A stretch of DNA of 32,000 bases. It comes from an uncultured bacterium (GTDB lineage: Bacteria > Auribacterota > JACPWU01). Position numbers and translations under genes: made by a program. The notes below the pieces were generated by a model, which ran no database searches, had not been told where the DNA came from, and was given only the letters and a program-made list of their open reading frames with translations. Positions 7,983 to 15,170 of this stretch are shown piece after piece (positions within the stretch are counted from its first letter, which is position 1; every line of letters begins with the position of its first letter). The DNA lies in NCBI GenBank assembly GCA_964640155.1, contig CAZXEQ010000001.1, forward strand, positions 576,403-608,402. Reading direction: 5' to 3'.

Positions 7983-7996
7983 ATGATCTATATCAT
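7983..7996. promoter_or_regulatory. FNR/CRP-family-like palindrome ATGAT-CTAT-ATCAT upstream of tatA
   Basis: A perfect 5-4-5 palindrome with a TGAT-N4-ATCA core (FNR consensus TTGAT-N4-ATCAA). Its centre lies 63.5 nt upstream of the tatA ATG. It matches the site at 16921-16934 at 13 of 14 positions. A -10-like TAGCAT follows 22 nt downstream on the minus strand. Confidence 0.45.
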
Positions 7997-8358
7997 AAAA
8001 ATTTATTTTCTGCTGCCTTGCGATCCACCATCCTAACAGCAGGAGTATCGTTCACTGTCCGGCAGGCGATTTCACACATCCCGCAACCGTCACAGATAGA
8101 GGGGACAATCATCGGTTTTAGGTCCTTCATTTCAATGGCTTCGTCACGACGCGGACAGGCAACATAACAAAGCTGACAATTCGATCCTGCCCAGGCCAGA
8201 CAACGGCTGACATCAATTCTGGCAATTTTGGGCATAAATTCTTCCGATTTTGCACTTTGAGAAAATTCATTTGTAACAGATCTCAATTCATTCAAGAAAA
8301 ACCGAGGGAAAGATTTAAAAAATTCCCTGCGACTCGTCAAAGAATCAGGCGATCTCAT
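7993..8358 (-). CDS. NapF-like 2x[4Fe-4S] ferredoxin with a vestigial twin-arginine motif
   Basis: It carries the Cys motifs C-x7-C-x2-C-x3-CP and C-x2-C-x2-C-x3-C. The N-terminus has SRREFFK, but the following segment is not hydrophobic (SFPRFFLNELRSVTNEF), so it is probably not exported. Its start overlaps the stop of the upstream 307-aa gene by 14 nt. Confidence 0.7.
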   Translation of the reverse strand: MRSPDSLTSRREFFKSFPRFFLNELRSVTNEFSQSAKSEEFMPKIARIDVSRCLAWAGSNCQLCYVACPRRDEAIEMKDLKPMIVPSICDGCGMCEIACRTVNDTPAVRMVDRKAAENKFL

Positions 8359-9268
8359 TTAAAAACCTCAGCCGGGATAAATATAGTTCAAAACATTGCC
8401 GGCAAATGCTGGAAGACGAAAGCCACTCAGGGTAGTCTTTTCTGATTTCATCCATGACCAAGGTCTTTTCTTCTAATGAATCCCAATTAAACTTGTCAAC
8501 ATAAGGAAATCCACACAACGAGCAGTGAAAACTCTCCCGTCGCCCCCCTTCCCCAGATTCAGCCTCTTTCGCAATCTGTATCAATTTACCTTGAGTTAAC
8601 AACCGACTGCTGAAAAGATCTTGAAATACGGTTTCTTGTTTTTCATCAATCCAGGAAGAAAAGGCTTTGCTAAAACTTAAAAAAAGTTCATCCTGAGTCA
8701 TATGAGAAAAGTGACCCGCCTTTATGATGCGCTTTGTAATATAGATATTCCACAAAAGGCGGAAACGATCGCGCGCAAGGTCATTTTCTACTTCACAAAA
8801 TCCTCCCAGATCAGCATCCGGAGAATATTGAAAAGAGGGATCCAGCATATCGGAGATATGATACAGTTCATAGCGCAAGAAGGACTCGAAAAGAAGAAGA
8901 TTTCCAAGCCCGTCAATCTGCAGGCCCAAAAGAACAGTCTTTAAATGCCCATCGACATAAAGTTGCGCCCCCTCTTCTTTTCGATTCCACACCCTCTTGA
9001 CAAATAGAAGAATGCCAGAATCATTCAAAAGATGGAATTCTGAAAGTACATTCTCAAAAATAAAACGCAATCCCAGCTTTGAGAAGAATTCTTCAAAGAA
9101 ACTCTGAAATCTCCGTTCTCTCTGGGGGCCTTGGAAATGTTCGTAGATTTGGATTCTTTGAAGGTGGAAAGAGTCCACAAAGGGCTGATCTCTTCTTTTC
9201 TCAAGAGAACGAATCCCAAAAAATACCGCTTCTTCAATGAAAGAAGGCTCAAACTTTAAATTCATCAT
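8345..9268 (-). CDS. Hypothetical protein (307 aa) with C-terminal CxxC-x36-CxxC zinc-ribbon-like motif
   Basis: A long ORF with no antisense competitor of comparable quality, translationally overlapped with the ferredoxin gene. I recognise no family. C-terminal region: HCSLCGFP...ICRQCFELY. Confidence 0.6.
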   Translation of the reverse strand: MMNLKFEPSFIEEAVFFGIRSLEKRRDQPFVDSFHLQRIQIYEHFQGPQRERRFQSFFEEFFSKLGLRFIFENVLSEFHLLNDSGILLFVKRVWNRKEEGAQLYVDGHLKTVLLGLQIDGLGNLLLFESFLRYELYHISDMLDPSFQYSPDADLGGFCEVENDLARDRFRLLWNIYITKRIIKAGHFSHMTQDELFLSFSKAFSSWIDEKQETVFQDLFSSRLLTQGKLIQIAKEAESGEGGRRESFHCSLCGFPYVDKFNWDSLEEKTLVMDEIRKDYPEWLSSSSICRQCFELYLSRLRFLNEIA

Positions 9269-9324
9269 TTTTATGTTCCAGAACTAGAATAGATTATAGT
9301 CTGTCAAAAACTCTCATTTGTACA

Positions 9325-9444
9325 GGCTGCTCAAAAAGAGCCAGATTCAAGGCGCGTGCAAACGACCGCGGAGGCGTACGTTTGATGGTACGCCTCACAA
9401 GGAAGCGCAGCGCGAAACGCAGAAGATGGCCTTTTTCAGCGGCC
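9325..9444. repeat. GC-rich ~120-nt palindromic intergenic element
   Basis: The outer imperfect arms are ggctgctcaaaaagagcc (9325-9342) and ggcctttttcagcggcc (9428-9444). The inner perfect 9-bp stem-loop is GAGGCGTAC-gtttgatg-GTACGCCTC (9371-9396). The right arm overlaps the last codons and stop of the chaperone gene. Confidence 0.55.
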
Positions 9445-10191
9445 TGTCAAACAAGAAACACAGCCCGTCTCCAGCTTCTCTTGTATTTTGCGAATGGGTA
9501 AATCTCTTGGACCAGGCTTCACGCCTGATTTTTCACAATCACTCAACGTAAAACAAAAAGCAAACTCAGCAATGGAATGCATCAATCCAATACCCGCAAA
9601 GTTGGAAAGACGAAGCGTAAGAGCGGGAAGCCACTGTCCCAGATGATTTTCTAGGAAGCTCTTTGCGGCCTCTCGACAAACAAAAGCCTTCTCTTCACCA
9701 TGATTCTCCAGCGTATACGCAGTCTTATAAAGAAGGTAATACATAAATTCGCACTCGCAAGAAACGTGATCTACTCTTTCGTGTGCAGCCTCAGCCACTT
9801 TCAAGCCAAAGGCTTGATAAAAAGCTGAAATATCGGAGAGTTCCTGAGGTTGACGATGACTATGTTCCTCCCCATATTCCAATTCATAGGCAGGGATTGT
9901 CCCACATACGGTATGACCAAAAGCTCTTTCGTAATGGTTAATCCATTCTTCGTCACTCGACCGATGAAGTTGTTCCAGCAGAGACTTCAGAATATTTCTT
10001 AACTCATCGGCCCGTGGAATACGCATAACGTCTAACCAGTGTTCCCAGGTCAAACCCGTTTCATTTACAAAATTCCGACCGAGGCCTGCCTTGGGATGTC
10101 TAAATAAAGAGGCTAGAAGCTGATAGAAAAAGCTCCTGCCTAAAAGCTCTTGAATATCAGATGGAGTTTTGGTGTCTGTCGGGCCGAACAT
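9436..10191 (-). CDS. TorD/NarJ-family redox-enzyme maturation chaperone (delta subunit)
   Basis: A soluble, helix-rich protein placed directly after the beta subunit, as in narGHJ/serABD. It has TorD-like FYQLLASLFRHP and AFYQAFGL segments. The start is placed at ATG 10191 (MFGPTDTK), overlapping the beta-subunit 3' end by 35 nt. The start position is uncertain. Confidence 0.7.
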   Translation of the reverse strand: MFGPTDTKTPSDIQELLGRSFFYQLLASLFRHPKAGLGRNFVNETGLTWEHWLDVMRIPRADELRNILKSLLEQLHRSSDEEWINHYERAFGHTVCGTIPAYELEYGEEHSHRQPQELSDISAFYQAFGLKVAEAAHERVDHVSCECEFMYYLLYKTAYTLENHGEEKAFVCREAAKSFLENHLGQWLPALTLRLSNFAGIGLMHSIAEFAFCFTLSDCEKSGVKPGPRDLPIRKIQEKLETGCVSCLTGR

Positions 10192-11395
10192 AGAATGGCT
10201 CCTCCACTTGAGTTCGAATGATTTCTTTTCCCTCTTGGTTAAAACCAATCACCGTGTCGTTATACATCGTGAACGGCTTCCCATGAATTTCAGTTTCATA
10301 AACCTTCGGGCCTTCTTCTATTTCATAGCTAAAAATAATCTTGTTCGTTTTTCTGAAGAGTTGAAGGACCGCCAAAAGTTCACGGTTAGGGACTTTGTAA
10401 GACTCTATCGCATGATCCACGCCCGGACCGAACATTTGGGTGAGATAGCTCCTAGGGACCCAACGCGGCGGGATATAGTAACCATTAGGCTGAGTCCCAA
10501 ATTGAGGATAAAGAGGAAGCGCCACCTTGGCAACCTTCACCAAATAATAAATCGGATTATAACGGTCTTCAACCCACTGGCCGTTTTCTCCCATTTTCAC
10601 AAGCCCTTGAAGCCTTATTTGACCAATGCAGGCCGCCATACAACGGGTTTCCATCGGCTGCCCTTCTGCTTCCGGATCCTTCCCTTCCAAGCGAGGAAAG
10701 CAGGCGATACATTTTTCTGTGACACGAGTGGTCGCTCGATACATAGCCTTTTTATAGGGACAGGCCTCTACGCACTTGCGATAACCCCGGCAGCGCTCTT
10801 GATCCACCAAGACGACACCGTCTTCTGGCCGCTTGTAAATGGCATTGCGCGGGCAGGCCGCCAGACACCCAGGATAGGTGCAATGGTTGCAGAGCCGGGC
10901 CAAATAAAAAAACCAAGTCTTGTGAACAGGTAGAGTTGCCCCTTCCGTATCGTAGGTGTCAGGCTTTCCTGGCTTTGAGACCGCTGTGTCTTCATACATG
11001 TTTGGAAATCGCCACTCCTCGTCTGTCGGTAGATAGCCCAGAACCCTCTGGGGCTCAGCTCCGATATTCTTTTGAGCGGCTTCAAAAATTGTTTTCCCGT
11101 CAAAAGTATCGCCTTTCCATTTCTGAGCGCCTGGGTTGGCCTGCTCCAATAAATTCAACAATTTGATATCCCAGAATTGGGGATAACCACCATAAGGTTT
11201 TGTCTCTACATTGGCCCACCACATGTATTCCTGCCCTTTGGAAAAGGTCCAGGTCGTCTTGCAAGCGAACGAGCAAGTTTGACAAGCAATGCAGCGGTTT
11301 AAATTAAATACGAAGGCAAACTGTCGCTGGGGATAGTGTCCCGCATGAGGATACTCCATCTTTCTATTTAATTGCCAGTTGAACACCTGACTCAT
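10157..11395 (-). CDS. nxrB: Type II DMSO-reductase-family Fe-S beta subunit (NarH/NxrB-like)
   Basis: Four ferredoxin-type Cys groups are present (CIACQTCSFACK, CNHCTYPGCLAACP, CRGYRKCVEACP, CIACFPR). It has no signal peptide, consistent with Tat hitch-hiking on the alpha subunit. The ATG overlaps the orf103 stop (ATGA). Confidence 0.9.
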   Translation of the reverse strand: MSQVFNWQLNRKMEYPHAGHYPQRQFAFVFNLNRCIACQTCSFACKTTWTFSKGQEYMWWANVETKPYGGYPQFWDIKLLNLLEQANPGAQKWKGDTFDGKTIFEAAQKNIGAEPQRVLGYLPTDEEWRFPNMYEDTAVSKPGKPDTYDTEGATLPVHKTWFFYLARLCNHCTYPGCLAACPRNAIYKRPEDGVVLVDQERCRGYRKCVEACPYKKAMYRATTRVTEKCIACFPRLEGKDPEAEGQPMETRCMAACIGQIRLQGLVKMGENGQWVEDRYNPIYYLVKVAKVALPLYPQFGTQPNGYYIPPRWVPRSYLTQMFGPGVDHAIESYKVPNRELLAVLQLFRKTNKIIFSYEIEEGPKVYETEIHGKPFTMYNDTVIGFNQEGKEIIRTQVEEPFYVRPDRHQNSI

Positions 11396-11703
11396 ACATT
11401 ATCTCCTTTTTCTCCGAAGAACGAATCAGCCGACGCTTTATGGCGAATAGGCTGCCAGATCCCTATTGCTTCTTTGATCACAGATAGCACAAATGAATCT
11501 CCCTTTTGACGCCACACAAGATGCGGCCCCAGATAAAAGGGATTTCTAAACATCGCCAGAAGCTTTTCCTCGTTCCAACCATCACGAGCAAATTCCTCCG
11601 CGTAACAAAGCACCATATCTCGAACTTCAGCTTCACTCTGGCCAGGCAACTCCACTCCAATCATTTCCATGGGATCTTCAGGATCAAATTCTTTTTTCAC
11701 CAT
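11392..11703 (-). CDS. Hypothetical 103-aa cytoplasmic-type protein inserted between the alpha and beta subunit genes
   Basis: The ATG sits inside the last alpha-subunit codons (AAATGGTGA), preceded by GGAGGAG. The stop overlaps the beta-subunit ATG. It has no signal peptide or TM segment and is acidic at the N-terminus. I recognise no family. Confidence 0.6.
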   Translation of the reverse strand: MVKKEFDPEDPMEMIGVELPGQSEAEVRDMVLCYAEEFARDGWNEEKLLAMFRNPFYLGPHLVWRQKGDSFVLSVIKEAIGIWQPIRHKASADSFFGEKGDNV

Positions 11704-14700
11704 TTCTCATTCTCCTCCCCGCCCATCGTTATAAACCCGCCGTCCAAGTACTTTTTCATAAATTCGTTTTCACTCGAGGGAGTAAAGCCCGTTGTCGCGG
11801 GCTTCCAAATTCCTTTCCCACCCATTCCACCGTCCTCGGCTTTCGTAATTCGAACCAGGGCCTCCTTGGGAACCGTGTTCACCGCGTGATTATCGGCTTC
11901 TCCTCCAAAAATAAATGAGAGGTTAACCTTGGCCTTGTGAAATAAGGTATCCGTCTGATGCATCGGCATATGCCAATTTCGTGTCACACTCTGCTGGGAT
12001 CCATAGCGAAAATTGGCTTGATAAGCACCCCCTTCAGAGAGCGCTCTTTTGTCGGCACGAGTCTCATGAGCCTTCACTGTTTTCTCCGTCGCAATATAAG
12101 TCCCATGTTTCATCATCACCGTGTGATAGGGAAAAGCCGGATTATACTTCACTCGCAGCATGAGCCGCGCCACTTTATAAAACGGGTCGCTGGGCTTTGC
12201 TCCGACATAGGGCCGATCGGCTGGATTAGCATCCACATAAACGTAATCCCCGTCATTGACACCAAGGTCCCTGGCCGCTTCAGGATTCAAATGAATTTGC
12301 TGTTCGCCGACACCAGGCGTACGCTTGTCCATACGATAAGGATCCCCAAAATTCGAATCCCAAATTTCATGCCAGTCCACATTGCTCCATAGGGAATGTA
12401 CCCTGTGACGGCTTTTGGGTGTAAGGCAATAAAACTTAAAGCCCCTCTCCCAAAGAAAATTCTTCGTTTCCTTTACATCTTCCCATGGAAGCTTGACGTT
12501 TCGTACCGTCCGGTTGTCCCAATGTTCTGCCGTTTCAGAAATGCCGTAGTCATTGGGACGAACATAGGGGTTTGAACTGACAATAACGTTTGGAAGAAAG
12601 GGCGTTGCTTCCGGCCCCTCTCGATGAACAATAAAGTTCTCCCCATATTCGATGGCCTCTGGAACATCCGTATAGGCATTCAAACGGCCTGTGTCGGTGA
12701 AGAAGGGCTGGTCTTCATGAATCTGTTCCCAAAAAGGAACTCTGGGGTATGTTCTAAAGAGCATCAGGGCACCGCCAGGGGGCCCATATTTTCCAGCCAT
12801 AATATCTTCAAGCTTGTATCCGGCCGTCGTTGTAGAGGAATCAAGAAGTCGTTGAATGTAAACTTCCCGCTGTCCCTCCAGTGCGAATTTCCAATAATCG
12901 TAGAATCGATGATCCTGCGTGATTTGGCCCAGTTTCTCGGCAATCCCAGCCAAAATCATAATATCGTCTCGACTGTCAAAGATGGGCTTAATCCCGCCTT
13001 TCCAAATCTGCAGAAAAGGGTTGGAGCAGGAAGCCGTTACCTCAAGACCCTCGAACTCCATCCAGCTATTGGCTGGGAGGGCAATATCGGCATATTCTAT
13101 GGAGGCCGTCATTTGAATATCAACGGAAACAATCATCTCCACATTTGGATTCACATTTTTAATCATGTCGTAGGCGTGCTTCGCGTTATTGATGAGATTG
13201 ACATTGGTAAAGATCATGGCCTTGGTAGGTGAGGGCATATGCGTCTGGCCCGTAAAGACCTTCCTTCCCTCACTGGGTGTGTCCACGATAAGAGGCCGAT
13301 CGCCGTGATTCCAATACGCGGGCTCCTCATCCTTGCAATACCCTTTAACATGCACATCTTTCCCAGGGGCATTAGGATCTAAAAGCGGATGAAACGGATC
13401 TTCGGCGACCCATCCTTTAAATCCATAACCCGTCCAAGGGGATCCTTGGAACAAAGCGGCCTTATAGTTTCCGGCCCACGTGTGGCAGCCCGCACCGGGT
13501 TTACCAATATTTCCCGTGAGCATCAGAGGCAAATAGGCCGCGCGGTTCATTTCAGTCGCATGAAACCAGTGATTGATTCCCTCTCCTTGATGGATGGCCG
13601 CTGGTTTAATCGTCGCAAGATCTTTGGCCAACTGTTCGATCAGATGTTTTGGCGCTTTCGTTATATCAGCGACACTGTCCAAATCGTAATCCTTCAGATG
13701 AATCTCATAAAGAGAAAAGAGTGTCATCACCTCCACTTCTTTTCCGTCAATCATCTGAACTTTGAATTTTCCCTGAAGGGCAGGTCTGATCCCTTTCTTG
13801 GCAAATTGCTCGCCAACATCGTCTCGGGTTAACGCGGCAGGTGCATTTCTTAATTCATCCCATACTACAAAATCCCCGAGTTTCTGATACTGCTCATCTT
13901 TCAACCCCTGATACTTGAAACTCGGACCCTCTTTTGAAAGGCCCAGAGCATAATCTTTGAAGATTTCATGCGCCCTCAAGCGCTTTAAATTGTCCGTACG
14001 CACAAGCAATGGAAAATCCGTGAACTTCTCGATAAAATCCCGATCATACCAGCCTCGATCGATCATAAGACGAGCAACTCCGAGAAAAAACGCAGCATCC
14101 GTCGCCGGGCGAATGGGAATCCAAGTGTCTGATTTCGTTGAAGGCGGGCTATATTCGGGGGTAATCGTCACAAGCTTTGCCCCACGCTCCATACACTCAA
14201 TAAACCAATGGCTGTCTGTAATTTTGTTTTCGACAAGATTTTTTCCCTGCTGAATAATCAGTTTACTGTTTCGAAGATCGTTGAAATCGCAATCAGAGGC
14301 CTGAAGGCCATGAACCCAGGGATGTCCAGGCGCCTGATCCCCATGCCAGGTATAATTGGACCAGATCCGGCCGGCTTTTGCGTCCTCTTCCTTCACGCCG
14401 CGCACATGCGTGTCAAGGATGGCCATCGTATTTGCCAGGCGATACATTCCATATTTTCCAAAAACGCCGAGAAGTCCCATCCCGCCACGAAATTTCATGG
14501 TTCTCATCCCAGATCCTTCCATTGGAGCAAGCATCTCTTCCGGATACCCTTGCTCAAGTAACTTCTTTTTTCCCTCTTCACCGCTGTAACGCTTTGAGAT
14601 GGCCATGAGACCTTTCGCAATATAGGTATTCGCTTCATCCCATGAGACTTTATCTAAAGTATCTGTTCCTCTGGAATCAAATTTGTATTTGGACTTACAC

Positions 14701-15161
14701 TCGGGTGTTAAGTCTGGAAAGCCGGCATCCGCCCATTCCTTCCAGCCTCGGCGAATAATGGGGTACTTAAGCCGATAAGGTCCGTACATCAATCGATGAA
14801 ATGTGAAGCCCTTTTCGCATTGACGCGGATTCCAATTGGGGGTCGCCTTGTTCCCGTAGAGATCCCCATAAGTCTCATAGTCATATTGCGACCCCAGGCG
14901 CACCACGATGCCGTTTCTAACAAAAGCCTTAGCTCGACATGCGTGGGTATCATTGGGAGAACAAACCCAGGAGAAAGCGCTATCGTAACGATATTGATCT
15001 CGATAAATTTTCTCCCAATCTCTGTTGGGATAATACTCTAGAGGATTCGTGATTTCTGGAATAACCTCAAGAGCCGAAAGCGAAAGATTTTTCAGTCCCA
15101 GGCTTAAGCCAATCGCCGCAGCGCCAGTTCTTTTGATAAATTGCCTTCTCGTGATTTCCAT
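11697..15161 (-). CDS. nxrA: Tat-exported molybdopterin catalytic alpha subunit, type II DMSO reductase family, periplasmic NXR (NxrA)/NarG-like
   Basis: It has the twin-arginine signal MEITRRQFIKRTGAAAIGLSLG. The FS0 motif is C67-x3-D71-x3-C75...C115 (WVCSPNDTHACRAKAFVRNG...NPRQCEKG), aligning with NarG H-x3-C-x3-C...C. YTWHGDQAPG aligns with the NarG Mo-ligand Asp segment (SWYSDLPP). At 1154 aa it is close to the size I recall for NxrA of Nitrospira and Kuenenia (about 1,150 aa). Confidence 0.9.
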   Translation of the reverse strand: MEITRRQFIKRTGAAAIGLSLGLKNLSLSALEVIPEITNPLEYYPNRDWEKIYRDQYRYDSAFSWVCSPNDTHACRAKAFVRNGIVVRLGSQYDYETYGDLYGNKATPNWNPRQCEKGFTFHRLMYGPYRLKYPIIRRGWKEWADAGFPDLTPECKSKYKFDSRGTDTLDKVSWDEANTYIAKGLMAISKRYSGEEGKKKLLEQGYPEEMLAPMEGSGMRTMKFRGGMGLLGVFGKYGMYRLANTMAILDTHVRGVKEEDAKAGRIWSNYTWHGDQAPGHPWVHGLQASDCDFNDLRNSKLIIQQGKNLVENKITDSHWFIECMERGAKLVTITPEYSPPSTKSDTWIPIRPATDAAFFLGVARLMIDRGWYDRDFIEKFTDFPLLVRTDNLKRLRAHEIFKDYALGLSKEGPSFKYQGLKDEQYQKLGDFVVWDELRNAPAALTRDDVGEQFAKKGIRPALQGKFKVQMIDGKEVEVMTLFSLYEIHLKDYDLDSVADITKAPKHLIEQLAKDLATIKPAAIHQGEGINHWFHATEMNRAAYLPLMLTGNIGKPGAGCHTWAGNYKAALFQGSPWTGYGFKGWVAEDPFHPLLDPNAPGKDVHVKGYCKDEEPAYWNHGDRPLIVDTPSEGRKVFTGQTHMPSPTKAMIFTNVNLINNAKHAYDMIKNVNPNVEMIVSVDIQMTASIEYADIALPANSWMEFEGLEVTASCSNPFLQIWKGGIKPIFDSRDDIMILAGIAEKLGQITQDHRFYDYWKFALEGQREVYIQRLLDSSTTTAGYKLEDIMAGKYGPPGGALMLFRTYPRVPFWEQIHEDQPFFTDTGRLNAYTDVPEAIEYGENFIVHREGPEATPFLPNVIVSSNPYVRPNDYGISETAEHWDNRTVRNVKLPWEDVKETKNFLWERGFKFYCLTPKSRHRVHSLWSNVDWHEIWDSNFGDPYRMDKRTPGVGEQQIHLNPEAARDLGVNDGDYVYVDANPADRPYVGAKPSDPFYKVARLMLRVKYNPAFPYHTVMMKHGTYIATEKTVKAHETRADKRALSEGGAYQANFRYGSQQSVTRNWHMPMHQTDTLFHKAKVNLSFIFGGEADNHAVNTVPKEALVRITKAEDGGMGGKGIWKPATTGFTPSSENEFMKKYLDGGFITMGGEENEKW

Positions 15162-15170
15162 TGCAAACTC

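Noticed and set aside
9318-9551. A 77-aa plus-strand ORF
   Set aside because: It is encoded by the palindromic element and the antisense of the chaperone 3' end. It is Arg/Lys-rich and low-complexity, with no SD.
10169-10933. A 254-aa plus-strand ORF and other long ORFs antisense to nxrB and nxrA (for example 12624..13232 and 13389..13832)
   Set aside because: They lie opposite strongly recognisable Fe-S and molybdopterin subunit genes. Their long open antisense frames are a by-product of the higher-GC coding sequence.
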